Part shown: piece by piece, positions 8,644 to 18,857 of the stretch
How positions within the stretch are numbered: position 1 is the first letter of the stretch
How the letters are laid out: each line of letters starts with the position of its first letter
Assembly (NCBI RefSeq): GCF_000142905.1
Contig: NW_013657674.1
Location: forward strand, 528,709-592,708
Length of the DNA: 64,000 nucleotides
From: Thecamonas trahens ATCC 50062
Lineage: Eukaryota > Protista > Apusomonadida
Direction: 5' to 3'
Made by a program: the position numbers and the translations under genes
The notes under the pieces: generated by a model
Told to the model about the DNA's origin: nothing
Seen by the model: only the letters and a program-made list of their open reading frames with translations
The model's database searches: none

Positions 8644-11600
8644 ATGGCAAGCCACCGCTTCAGTCGGCCGCCCTCGGTAGCGTCCGCTGGCGGCATGCCT
8701 GGCGGTGGACTTGGGCCGCAACGACGCCCAAGCCTTTCAAATACACCCCGTTCGTTCTCGGCATCATCGCCAAGCCCTCTTTTGTTTGGGCAAAATCTAG
8801 GTGCTGGCTTTGGAGTGGGAGCTGGTTCGCAAACGTCGGCAAGTCTGGGCCGGACAGTCGGAAATACCTCTGCGTTTGCTTCCCTCTCGGCAGAAGCCTT
8901 CTCCCTCCTCGATTTTGACGAGACCCACCCTATGGAAAGCTCGATTATGATTGAGCCTGCTTCGCTCGGCAGCATGAGTCTTGACGACGTCGACATGTCG
9001 CTTGGTGACGACTCGACGGACGGATCGTCGCTCACGGCGCTCTCGGCGTTCGGCTCGTTTGACTGGAGCGACATCGCTGTGCTCGACGAACTTGGCTCGG
9101 GCGAGCTTGGCACGGTCCTCAGCATTGAGTACCAGGCCACGCCGTACGCGGTCAAGCTCCTCGAGCCGGGGGTGTCGGCCGGCGATGTGGCCAACAGCAT
9201 GCTCCCGCTCTTCTCGCTCTCGCACCCGAACATCTTGCGATTCTTCGGGGCGACGACCAACGGCGACGGTCGGGTCGGCATCGTGACCGAGCTCGCCGGC
9301 GGGGGCTCGCTCGCCGATTTGCTCAGCGTTCCAGCGCGCGTGCCGCAGCTAGACGAGCGCATGACTATGATGTACCACGTCACCCGCGCCCTGCACTACC
9401 TCCACTCCGAGTCGGTCCTCCACTACGACATCAAGCCGGCCAACATCTTCATCACCACCTCTGGCGAGGTTCGCCTAGGCGAATTTGGTTTTGCCTCGGT
9501 TGCCGAGCACGCGCGGCAAATTTCGCCGAGATACTGCGCGCCCGAGGTGCTCCTCGCCGATGACGTTGCCGCCGGGGACGAGGCCTCGGACGTCTACGCG
9601 CTCGGCGCAACCATTATCGAGGTCCTCACGCTCGCCTCGGTGTTTGACGGCGACGCGACTGCCGCCCGCATTGCCGAGCCGCACACCCGCATCTCGGACG
9701 ATGTCGTCACTCGCTTTGTGGAGCTCAACCTCCCAGAGAGTCTCGAGGAGGCTGTGCTGAATGCTCTTGAGCCCGACCCGCTTCTCCGGCCGCCGGTCAC
9801 CCGGATGCTCTCGGTCCTCCGCTCCGCCGACGCTCTGTTGCGGCGGCAGAGTTCGCTCGTCAATCCCTGGGCCTCCGGCCCTGGCCGTAGCGGGCAAGCA
9901 AGCCCTGAAGCCCTGCTCCATGATCTCGAGCAGTTGTGGGACGAGGTGCGCCTCACCGAGGAACCGGGCACCCTAGCGTCGGCACTTCCCAAGCTTATCG
10001 GCCTTGTCGGGATCCTTGTTCGCGCCCTCATTCTGCTCAAGCCGAGGACTGTGCTTCTGCGGGTGTTCGAGGGCGTGCTCGATGAGATCATTGGCCGAAT
10101 CCTCCTGTTCAACCTCTCGCGCCACGGCCGCGAGCTCGGCAAAGTGGCGTGCTCACTGCTGGAGATGCTCGGCAGCCTTCTCTGTGACGTTGTTGTTCCG
10201 ACCGAGGCCGAGACTGTGCTCGGCGGTGGGGAGATGAACTTGTCGCTCGGCACCCATTTTCTCGCCCGCGCGCTGCGCCTCCTCGTCAGCCCTGGTGGGG
10301 TGTACGACGGAGGCGCTGAGCTGCCGCGCAGCCGGGAAGAGCTTGCCGCGTTCGAGGCCACGTTGTATGTGGTCCATGGCGCACACGTGCTCTGTTTGCT
10401 CGAGGCTCGCGCCCGCCGGCTCCGCGACACGGCGCCTGACGTTGACAGCGGTGTCGGCAAGGACACTGCTGTGGCTCCTCTGCCAGAAACAATGGCCGTC
10501 TGCAAGCTTGTCATCTCACATCAGATTGCTGCTCTCCGCCTCATGGACGAAGCGCTCGACGCCGTCCCTGCCCGCGTCCGAATGGCCGAAGTTCGGACGG
10601 CCTCGCTCTGGCAATGGCCGCACACCAAGACCGCGCTCGCGCTGATCCACGGCGCCTTTCGCGCGTACTGCGTCGTCCCACGGGCGCCGGCCGCGCTCGA
10701 CGCCGAGCTGGCCAGCCTCCGCCGCGAGCTGGCCCCGGTTGCTACGCGGACGGCATCGGCGTCGCGGGCCATTGTGCCGCGCGCCCTCCAGTTTGCGCTT
10801 CGGCTTGTCCAGTTTGGCCAGACCTCGATGGCGCTCCGCACGGCCCACATGGTCTCGCGCTTCCTCTTTCGCCCGGAGCAGATCGATCGGTTTACCGTGA
10901 CAGAGCGCAAGCTCGTCAAGCGGCTCTACAGCGCGCTGGCGCAAGCCGATACCGAGGACGACGCCCTCCGCGCGCTCGTGAGGGTTCTCGGCCTCCTCCG
11001 CCGCAGGCGGTACCGCGCGGCCGCCATCTCACTCGCCCTTGCCGACTATTGTGCGTCGGCACGGTGGGCGCAGTACGCGCGCCGACTGGCCTTTGTGCGG
11101 CGGCGGGTGTTTGGCGAGGCAGCGCAGACTGGCTACAGCCAATTTGCCGAGCTCGAGCCAAGCGTCGACGCGCCGTTCAAGACGCTCGCCGACCGCATTG
11201 GCGAGCTTCTTGGCTACACCGTCCCGGTAGGCTCGAATGACGCGGCACTTGTGCCAGGGTCGCAGGCCGCAACCCGGACGTCGCTGCTCTCGGCGCTCAT
11301 GTCGATTCTCATCGCTGACATTCTGCAGGATATTGTGCGTATGCTCGGCTCGCCGCCAGTCGAGTACGCTGTGTTGGGCCTCGGGTCGCTCGCCCGCGGC
11401 GAGCTTTGTCCGTACTCGGACCTCGACATGGTGGTTGTGGTCCGCGAGTCGTCGCCAGCTGCAAGTGCATACTTTACATCGCTCGCCGAGGTTCTTGATC
11501 TCATGGTCACCGCCCTTGGCGAGTCGCCTGTCGACATGGGCAACGGCATCTCCTCGCCGGTTGTCCACGGCTTCCGCATGGACGAGGGTCCGTTCTCGGG

Positions 11601-14535
11601 CTCCAACACGTTTGTCCTCACACCGGAGGCACTCGCCCAGCGCCAGCGCGAGGCCATGACGGACCTCCGTGCCGGACACGACGTCGATCCCGAGACGTTT
11701 GGCTTGCGGACCGCCGCCTACCTCTCAGGCTCCAAGTCGCTGTACTTTGAGTATGCCAACGCTGTCCGCACTGTCCTCGACGAGTCTGTCGTGGCCACCC
11801 AGCAGTTTGCGATTCTTAACCTGGTGGCCAACCTGAAGGCCTTTACCCCCGATGGCCTCGCGGCGTCGTTTGCTCCCGACTCTGATAGGAGCGCGGTCAT
11901 TGACGTCAAGAGCGCACTCTGTCGGCTTGTCTCGTGTCTCCTCGACGGCCTGGCACTTTTCTTCCGCATTCCCGATGCCAACACCTACGCCCGCATCGAA
12001 AAGCTCATGGAGGAGAAGCACATCCACACTGACCTTGGCATCACTCTCTCGTACGCCATCGAGTGGATTTTCAACTTTCGGTCGTCTATCCACAATCGGA
12101 TCGGGCACGAGTCTGACTCGGTGGTGAGGGCCAACGCGCCGACGCTCAATCCGTCAGTGAGCGGGAGAGCCAGTCGCGCTGTCGGGCGCAAGTCGGGCGC
12201 GCCCCTCGAGATGGACCCCGTCGACGACGAGGAGCTCGCCGCCCTAACCCGCTGCGTCATCGAGCCGCTCCACGCCCTTGTCGCCGCGCACTGTATTCGG
12301 CACATCGACCTCATCCCACCTGCGCTTGCAGAGCGCTATCTCGTCATGCTGCCGCACGTGAGCAGCGTGCCAAACGCATCGCCAGCATCGCCGCTCAACT
12401 CACCGCTCCCGCTGCACGCAGCGCGGTGGAACCACTTGCTCCTTCTTTGCTCGCGGACCGTTCCGGCGCCGTATCCGGAGACCGCGCTGGCCGCTCTGCC
12501 GCCGAGCGCCGACACGCTTCGGCGCGGTACGTTCTGGATGACCTCGTCGGTGTCTTCTGTTCCGGTCTGTGGTGTGCTCAAGCTGTCACTCGCACAGGCG
12601 CTCGTCGAGCGTGCACCTGCCGTAGCACTCGGCAGCAGCACAACGGCCATCCAGCTCGGCCCGTTGTTCTTTGTCGAGCTTGACTCGTGCGAGCAGCCCG
12701 AGCTGCCGAACTTGTCCATGCAGCTGGCTGCCGCCGCTCTGCCTCAGATTCTCTTCCACGGTGCGGTCCAGCGAGTTGAGGCTGCCATCGTGTGGGAGGA
12801 GGCGACGTCGCAGTTCTCGACATGGCTTGTCTGTGAGGCCTTTCAAGTTGCTAGCCCGCTCGGTGGCAAGCCTCCGCCGGAGCCGCCGGAGCTCGATGGC
12901 GTTTTCGGTGCGGCTGGAAGCCGGGCGAGCATCGGCCTGCGCAGCTCTGATGACCAGATTATGGAGGCGTCGACCTCGCCCACAATGGGCGAGGCTGTTG
13001 AGGATGCCGGCATGATGGCTGCCACGGCGTCGCTGGCGGCTGGTGGCAGCTCGTCTAGTCTCGCCAGGTTGCCTTCCGAGGCTGTAGATGATGCCGACCT
13101 GGAGCTCGAGTCTCTCGATGAGGCTTGCATGGCCAGCGGCAGCGGAAATGTGTCTGAGACCGTGGATGACGCCGAGACCGTGGACGATGCTGGCGATGGG
13201 ATCTCGGCGAGGGCTAGGGTGCGGCGCGAGTCGCGGCTGAGCTTCTCTGGCTCGATCAAGATGGTGGCCAACGGGGCTCAGACCGATGTGGTCGAGGCAC
13301 AGCGATGGGCGCCTGACTCTCTCTCTGCACAAGAGCACACTCGGCACCTCCTTGTCTCGCTCCTGACAGCGTGCTCGGGCTTTGGTCTGGACGACTATGT
13401 GTGGACAAGCGACGGCCGGCTGATGTGGACGCTGGCTCGGTGGCCGGTCTTTACGCGCGCGCAGCCTGCAATCAGCGGCGGCAGCGCGCATCCTGCGTAC
13501 CTCCCGCTCCTCTCGAATGGACTGGCACTCGTGCTCACGGCTGAGCATGCTGACGGGCCGATTGACTTGCTCACTATCCAGGACCTGCTCCGGCTGCCAG
13601 CAAGTGAGCTGATCGAGATGTGGCTGAAAATGGCTGCAAGCGTCGCGAGTCAGGTCCGGCTTCTAGTCGGCATTTGTACCCATGTGAGCGTGCTGCCGCC
13701 AGCGAGTATCCGGACTTTGCAGCGCGGGACAATCGCTCAAAAAGCGAGCGAGGCTGTGAGCTGGATGCTGATTGTGCTCGACCAGATCAAGCGTCTGCTA
13801 CACGCTCAACCGCTGCGGCTGACCAAGCTGCAGCTTTTGACCTCTGTCATCCCACCATTCCAGCATGTGGCTACCTTTGTACGGCTGATGCAGCGGCTCC
13901 ATCCGCGAGGCCTTGACCTGCGCTTTGTCCACACTGCGCTCAGGCACGCGCTGGTGACTCACCCGTCGGCGCTAGTGACTGGCGTCGGACTCGACACGGT
14001 CGTTACTGATCTCCCGACCGACCACTCCAAGATCGCGACTGTGTTGACCAAGGAGCGTGCGCCGCTAGGTCACGATGTGACGGTCTTTGTCGGGTTTATG
14101 CAGTCGACGCTAGCGACACTGACTCGAGGACAGATTGGCGAAGCCATGGATGGCTTTCTCGCCGCGATCTTCTGCAACGCTCGGCTCGGCGGGTTTGATG
14201 GCGGGAAAAGCGATGCTGTGGTGAATCCGCAGTCGCTCACGCCACAAAGCTCGCGGCTGCGGGCAAACACGGCCAGCATTAATGCGGTCTCGAGCCAGTG
14301 CCCGGTGGAGCAGCACGCACGCGACCGGACGTTCTCGCTGTTTGGAGGAAGCGAGGCTCGAACGGTGCGAATGCGCGGCGCTACGGTGATCGGTGATGAG
14401 CTGAGCATCAAGGTCGGAGCGAGTCGCATACCGACACGGACACGTACCCATCAGAAGTCGACGAGCCGCCTGAGAGGGAGACAGAGACGACGCTCGAGTT
14501 TCGCCAGATCGGCGCGGTGCTGGGCAAGGCACTAG
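8644..14535 (+). CDS. Giant multidomain protein, 5' part: protein kinase + helical region + DUF294-type nucleotidyltransferase + substrate-binding domain + degenerate atypical kinase
   Basis: Kinase motifs LGSGELG, AVK, HYDIKPAN, EFG, APE, DVYALG. NTase motif GLGSLARGELCPYSDLD (~11377-11427). DUF294_C-like IDVKSALCRL...NTYARIEKL...FR..IH. Confidence 0.85.
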   Translation: MASHRFSRPPSVASAGGMPGGGLGPQRRPSLSNTPRSFSASSPSPLLFGQNLGAGFGVGAGSQTSASLGRTVGNTSAFASLSAEAFSLLDFDETHPMESSIMIEPASLGSMSLDDVDMSLGDDSTDGSSLTALSAFGSFDWSDIAVLDELGSGELGTVLSIEYQATPYAVKLLEPGVSAGDVANSMLPLFSLSHPNILRFFGATTNGDGRVGIVTELAGGGSLADLLSVPARVPQLDERMTMMYHVTRALHYLHSESVLHYDIKPANIFITTSGEVRLGEFGFASVAEHARQISPRYCAPEVLLADDVAAGDEASDVYALGATIIEVLTLASVFDGDATAARIAEPHTRISDDVVTRFVELNLPESLEEAVLNALEPDPLLRPPVTRMLSVLRSADALLRRQSSLVNPWASGPGRSGQASPEALLHDLEQLWDEVRLTEEPGTLASALPKLIGLVGILVRALILLKPRTVLLRVFEGVLDEIIGRILLFNLSRHGRELGKVACSLLEMLGSLLCDVVVPTEAETVLGGGEMNLSLGTHFLARALRLLVSPGGVYDGGAELPRSREELAAFEATLYVVHGAHVLCLLEARARRLRDTAPDVDSGVGKDTAVAPLPETMAVCKLVISHQIAALRLMDEALDAVPARVRMAEVRTASLWQWPHTKTALALIHGAFRAYCVVPRAPAALDAELASLRRELAPVATRTASASRAIVPRALQFALRLVQFGQTSMALRTAHMVSRFLFRPEQIDRFTVTERKLVKRLYSALAQADTEDDALRALVRVLGLLRRRRYRAAAISLALADYCASARWAQYARRLAFVRRRVFGEAAQTGYSQFAELEPSVDAPFKTLADRIGELLGYTVPVGSNDAALVPGSQAATRTSLLSALMSILIADILQDIVRMLGSPPVEYAVLGLGSLARGELCPYSDLDMVVVVRESSPAASAYFTSLAEVLDLMVTALGESPVDMGNGISSPVVHGFRMDEGPFSGSNTFVLTPEALAQRQREAMTDLRAGHDVDPETFGLRTAAYLSGSKSLYFEYANAVRTVLDESVVATQQFAILNLVANLKAFTPDGLAASFAPDSDRSAVIDVKSALCRLVSCLLDGLALFFRIPDANTYARIEKLMEEKHIHTDLGITLSYAIEWIFNFRSSIHNRIGHESDSVVRANAPTLNPSVSGRASRAVGRKSGAPLEMDPVDDEELAALTRCVIEPLHALVAAHCIRHIDLIPPALAERYLVMLPHVSSVPNASPASPLNSPLPLHAARWNHLLLLCSRTVPAPYPETALAALPPSADTLRRGTFWMTSSVSSVPVCGVLKLSLAQALVERAPAVALGSSTTAIQLGPLFFVELDSCEQPELPNLSMQLAAAALPQILFHGAVQRVEAAIVWEEATSQFSTWLVCEAFQVASPLGGKPPPEPPELDGVFGAAGSRASIGLRSSDDQIMEASTSPTMGEAVEDAGMMAATASLAAGGSSSSLARLPSEAVDDADLELESLDEACMASGSGNVSETVDDAETVDDAGDGISARARVRRESRLSFSGSIKMVANGAQTDVVEAQRWAPDSLSAQEHTRHLLVSLLTACSGFGLDDYVWTSDGRLMWTLARWPVFTRAQPAISGGSAHPAYLPLLSNGLALVLTAEHADGPIDLLTIQDLLRLPASELIEMWLKMAASVASQVRLLVGICTHVSVLPPASIRTLQRGTIAQKASEAVSWMLIVLDQIKRLLHAQPLRLTKLQLLTSVIPPFQHVATFVRLMQRLHPRGLDLRFVHTALRHALVTHPSALVTGVGLDTVVTDLPTDHSKIATVLTKERAPLGHDVTVFVGFMQSTLATLTRGQIGEAMDGFLAAIFCNARLGGFDGGKSDAVVNPQSLTPQSSRLRANTASINAVSSQCPVEQHARDRTFSLFGGSEARTVRMRGATVIGDELSIKVGASRIPTRTRTHQKSTSRLRGRQRRRSSFARSARCWARH

Positions 14536-17309
14536 CGGCAGATGCTGTGCTCCGCGTGGCTCTGGTTGAATTGGTAGCGTCGCTGGCGCAGCCGGTCACC
14601 GACGAACTCATGGTGCTACTCGCTGGCGTGCTTGGTGCCGAGTCTCGGCTCTCATCGTTGGCCCTGCTCGGCATTCCGGAGACGCCGTCGCGTCTCTTTG
14701 CGCTTCTTGGCGAAAAGAGCCGACGGCAAGCGATGATGGCCAAGCTGCGGCGGGCGTCGAGCAGTTCCTCTCTGCTGCATGGGCTCTGTTTGGCATCGGG
14801 CTCGCTGCCGCGCAACTCGCTTGTCCGGGCGCTGTCGTCGGATGCCAATGCTATGGCGCTGACGACGGTGACCCTGGTAGGAGTGAGCTCGCTTACTAGC
14901 TTTGCCAAGTCTGGAGTGACGCGGACGGCGGTCGTCCCGCTCTGCCTCCCGGCATTGCGAACACTCGAGCTCGCGTGGTGTCCGCAGCTGGAGTGCGTGG
15001 CGATTGATGCTCCGGGTCTGCTGGTGGTCTCGCTCGCCTCGCTCACGCGTCTGCGGGTGATGCGGCTGGATGAGGCGAAGCCTCAGACGGTGCTGGATCT
15101 GAGTAAGTGGCGGACAATGTCAGACACGCGACTGGTGCAGGTGCTTGCCGGGCTGCCGCCGCTGACGGTCGAATTGGACTCGCGGTCACAGATAAGCCGG
15201 CCAATCCGTGAGGCTGTTACCGCGGGTACGCTTGGAAAGGTGCTCACGGTCGAGGTGTTGAGCGGTGCGGAGGAAGAGGAAGAGTTTATGTTCCTGTCAC
15301 CCTCTGCGTTCGTCGGAACTGATCTCGACGCGCTGGGCGAGATGCACACGTTGCTGTGGCAGATGTTCAGCTGTGGGCGGGCGTCGGCAACATGGTACGC
15401 CGAAGGTGGCTCGATGTCGCGGACGAGCGAGCCAGGATGGAGTGCGCCGGCGGACTGTCAGCCGGCGCCGAGCGGCGGGCCACTGGGCGACGTCGCCCGG
15501 GTGGTCGAGTGGCTGGATGAGACGCGCGGGCTGATGACGCCTCAACGTGCGGTACAGCTTGTGTCGCGGCACGTGCTGCCTGGGCTGGCGCGGACTGAGC
15601 TACTTCTCCGACAGGATCTTGCGGTCTTTGTGGTGCTTGTGGAGTTCTCAGAACGGATCCGGCGGCTGCACGTGACAAACCAGGTTCTACTCGACAAGGC
15701 TGGATTTCTGCGGATGCTGACGAGCTTGCAGGATCGGCGGTCTTGGGTGACGGACGTGGTGCTTTGCAATGTCGAAGTAAGCGAGTCGTTGATGACAGAG
15801 CTGGCGCCTGTTCTCTGCCACTCGTCGGCGCACTCGCTCAACTGCATGCGGGTGAAAGTGAGCGAGGGCGCGGTCCGGCAGCTAGGCGAGGCGCTGATGG
15901 CGGCGGACAGTACGCTTTTGAACATGCAGATGGTGGCTTGTGAGCTGACCGACGACCATGCGCAGTGGCTGGTACCGGTTCTCCATGCGGCGGAGTCGCC
16001 GCTCGAAGTCCTCTCACTAGTCGACAACAAGTTGACGCCACAGTGGCTGATGCCGGGCGATGACAAAAGCGTCGGTCTGGGCTCAGCGCTGCAGTCACTC
16101 GATCTGAGCTTTACGCCGGGTGTGCTACGGCTGCCGCGTAAGCGGCGTAAGGCACTGACCGGCAAGTTTGCGTCGACACTTGCAAGCTTGATGCGGAAGC
16201 TCACGGTCTTGCACCTCACCGAGTGCGGAGTGACTGACGATGACGTCGAGGTCCTGGTCACTGCGGCAAAGCAGGCCGAGTGCCCGCTTGTCCGGCTCGA
16301 GCTCGGGCGCAACGCTATCAAGTCGCGCGGCGCTGTGCTCGTGGCTCAGTTGATTGCGCGACCAGGCTCTCTGCTCTCGCAAGTCGAGCTCTCGCGAAAC
16401 CCTATTGGGCCCAAGGGCGCGGCAGCTGTGGCAAGAGCGTTAACATCGCCGCATGCGGTGGTGACCTGGCTTGGCCTACGGGGCTGTGGGATCAAGGACG
16501 CCGGGTTCAGCAGTGTATTCAATGCAGTGGGTCAGGCCGGGCTGCGAATGACGGTTCTCGACGTGGGCGAGAATATGCTGTCGTCGCGTAAGCGCGACAA
16601 GTCGTGCGACGCGCTCATCCACATGCTGGAGGCCAAGTCGTCGCCGTGCGTCACGTCGCTCTTCCTCGACTCGATTGGAGTGTCGGACCTGGCGCTCTCG
16701 TCGCTGACCAACGTGCTGAGCCTCGGCAAGAACCAGCTGGTGGAGCTCTCGCTGGCCGGCAACAAGCTGACCGAGCGGTCCATGCGGAGCGTGTGCATCC
16801 TGTTGCGGTCTCCGACAAGCTTCATCATGAAGCTGGACGTGTCGCGGTGCTCGCTGACGGATGCGAGTCTGGGATGGATCAACGAGGCGCTGCATCACGA
16901 GAACTTCAAGCTGAGCTACCTCGCGGTCGGCGGTAACGACTTGAGTCGGGCTGGGCTGCTCGACTGGAGCGCTGACTGGCGCAGGCCGCCAGCAGGCGAT
17001 CTGATCATCGACCTGGGCGCAGTTCGCGATACTTCGCTACCGTCGAACGCGGCGACGACCAAGCTTTTGTCGTCTGTGGGCGACATTGCGCCTGGTGCGA
17101 CGTCGTGGATGACGGTGGATCCTGTGGCGGAGTCGCAACTGCGGTCGTCCGCGTCGTCATCATCGGAGGGGCTTTCAGCCATCGACTCTGAAGAAGTCGG
17201 TATTGTTGCGCGACTGCGGAGCCGCGGCGCAGCGCTCGGCATTGTGGTGTGGGACGCAGCAACGGCTCGGGTAGCCGTATCGGGAACTTCGGCGATGTCG
17301 CGACCGTAA
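14400..17309 (+). CDS. LRR region (ribonuclease-inhibitor/NLR-like), probably the frameshifted C-terminus of the upstream gene
   Basis: Repeats such as LEVLSLVDNKL, LVRLELGRNAI, LSQVELSRNPIG, LVELSLAGNKL, LSYLAVGGNDL. This frame is open from 14400, overlaps the upstream ORF and has no ATG near its start. Confidence 0.8.
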   Translation, partial: AEHQGRSESHTDTDTYPSEVDEPPERETETTLEFRQIGAVLGKALAADAVLRVALVELVASLAQPVTDELMVLLAGVLGAESRLSSLALLGIPETPSRLFALLGEKSRRQAMMAKLRRASSSSSLLHGLCLASGSLPRNSLVRALSSDANAMALTTVTLVGVSSLTSFAKSGVTRTAVVPLCLPALRTLELAWCPQLECVAIDAPGLLVVSLASLTRLRVMRLDEAKPQTVLDLSKWRTMSDTRLVQVLAGLPPLTVELDSRSQISRPIREAVTAGTLGKVLTVEVLSGAEEEEEFMFLSPSAFVGTDLDALGEMHTLLWQMFSCGRASATWYAEGGSMSRTSEPGWSAPADCQPAPSGGPLGDVARVVEWLDETRGLMTPQRAVQLVSRHVLPGLARTELLLRQDLAVFVVLVEFSERIRRLHVTNQVLLDKAGFLRMLTSLQDRRSWVTDVVLCNVEVSESLMTELAPVLCHSSAHSLNCMRVKVSEGAVRQLGEALMAADSTLLNMQMVACELTDDHAQWLVPVLHAAESPLEVLSLVDNKLTPQWLMPGDDKSVGLGSALQSLDLSFTPGVLRLPRKRRKALTGKFASTLASLMRKLTVLHLTECGVTDDDVEVLVTAAKQAECPLVRLELGRNAIKSRGAVLVAQLIARPGSLLSQVELSRNPIGPKGAAAVARALTSPHAVVTWLGLRGCGIKDAGFSSVFNAVGQAGLRMTVLDVGENMLSSRKRDKSCDALIHMLEAKSSPCVTSLFLDSIGVSDLALSSLTNVLSLGKNQLVELSLAGNKLTERSMRSVCILLRSPTSFIMKLDVSRCSLTDASLGWINEALHHENFKLSYLAVGGNDLSRAGLLDWSADWRRPPAGDLIIDLGAVRDTSLPSNAATTKLLSSVGDIAPGATSWMTVDPVAESQLRSSASSSSEGLSAIDSEEVGIVARLRSRGAALGIVVWDAATARVAVSGTSAMSRP

Positions 17310-17329
17310 TTGGCTGTAGTGCAGCCATT

Positions 17330-18589
17330 TTAAACGATACTGCTACCACGCCGGACTCCACTATTGGGCCGGATTGATGACATGGCGGTGGCTGCGTCGT
17401 TGGTGCTCGAGGAGCTCGAGCGTTGGTCTGCAATGCGAGTGACAATGATCTTGGAGTTGTCATTGGAATCGGCTTCATCCGAGTCGCTGACATGTACGGG
17501 TATGACCGACGAGCGGCGATGAGAGTGAGGGGCGCCTCCCACGACAAGAACTCCCGCCTCCGCGGCAGCCACCGAGTGGATGGCCTTTTCGTACGCACGG
17601 CGAGAACCGAAGCGAAAGTGGACAGGCGTCTTGAGCGACGACGGGTAAAAGTAGTAGATGATACCCACACTGACCGAAGCGATGGCGGCGAGCGAGGCGA
17701 GGGCATCGAAAATGTCGAACACAATGGTCTCAGTCCTTACAATCTCGTCGAGATCCCACGAGAACTGGTCGATGGTGATGCCGAAAGAGGCGTTGGTGTA
17801 GCTCCGCAGAGTTGGCGACGGCTCTTGCTCAAACGAGCGGATGACGGTGGCGGAGAGAGGGAAGCTGGTGATGGCATTCTGATGGAGCCTCTGTATGGTT
17901 GACATGCCGATGTGCAAGAAGGCCGTGCCGTGCGTCGGCAGCGGGAGCGGCTTAAAGGCCGCTAGTGTTGTCGAAGAAGCGAGTTCCTGGTCGGCGGAAC
18001 GGATCATGGCATACACAGCGGTCGTGCCACATCTGGCCTTGTCGTTGAAGCACAACTGAGTCGAGCCGCGGATCGAGAACGAGAAGGTCGGATTGGTGGC
18101 GCTAGGGAAGACGTCTGCAAGCGGATAATCGATGCAGGAAAAGCCAAAATACGTGTAGGCCACTTCGTTGCACGGAACAGACGTGGGAACAAAGGCGACG
18201 AGCGGCGTGCCATCGGGAGCTGACTCGCCAGTAGGCATGTACAAGTTCTTCTCGCATATTCCGGCCACCATTGGATCGAGCGGATTGAGCGAGCATGTGG
18301 TAAGGAAAGTTCCGTCTGGAGCCTTGGTGCGGGAACGGAAGGATGCGGTTGTCACCGGCCGATCGCGAGCCTCGACCAATTTGCGGCCATTGATGACCAT
18401 ATTGAACACGTTGCCAGCAAAGGCAAGTAGCACAATAGCGACAAAGAGGACTCGCTCCCACCCGTTCATCCACTTGAGCAGCATGGCGTTGGACAAGATG
18501 TTGAATAGAGGGAAGGCTTGATTGTAGGCGCGAGTAGGCGCGAGCGGGACAGAAAGAGTGCGGTGGAGCCAACCACGATGTTTGTTCAT
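17330..18589 (-). CDS. Two-TM protein with Cys-rich extracellular loop; ENaC/ASIC/PAC-like channel candidate
   Basis: TM1 VLFVAIVLLAFAGNVFNMVI is followed by PVTT...FLTTCSLNP. The loop has several Cys. TM2 is ETIVFDIFDALASLAAIASVSVGIIYYF. Start uncertain (ATG 18589 or 18484). Confidence 0.55.
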   Translation of the reverse strand: MNKHRGWLHRTLSVPLAPTRAYNQAFPLFNILSNAMLLKWMNGWERVLFVAIVLLAFAGNVFNMVINGRKLVEARDRPVTTASFRSRTKAPDGTFLTTCSLNPLDPMVAGICEKNLYMPTGESAPDGTPLVAFVPTSVPCNEVAYTYFGFSCIDYPLADVFPSATNPTFSFSIRGSTQLCFNDKARCGTTAVYAMIRSADQELASSTTLAAFKPLPLPTHGTAFLHIGMSTIQRLHQNAITSFPLSATVIRSFEQEPSPTLRSYTNASFGITIDQFSWDLDEIVRTETIVFDIFDALASLAAIASVSVGIIYYFYPSSLKTPVHFRFGSRRAYEKAIHSVAAAEAGVLVVGGAPHSHRRSSVIPVHVSDSDEADSNDNSKIIVTRIADQRSSSSSTNDAATAMSSIRPNSGVRRGSSIV

Positions 18590-18857
18590 ACTGAGCCGCA
18601 ATTGCTGCCACGAACGTTGCCGAGCGGCGGAGTACCGGGACAAAGCGGTCAATGCGAGGCTAGCACAGGAACAACAGCAAGAAGAGCACCGCACTGCGAA
18701 GCGCTGATGATGCGCGATGTGTGAGGTCCAATGACTTGGCACATGAAGGCGATGTTTGACGGTGTCGATTGTCATGGCCACGGACGTGATCTGGGAGATG
18801 AGGCAGGTATGGACTAGCACCCGCCTCTGGCTTGGGCGTAGGTTTGTTTAGACGGGC

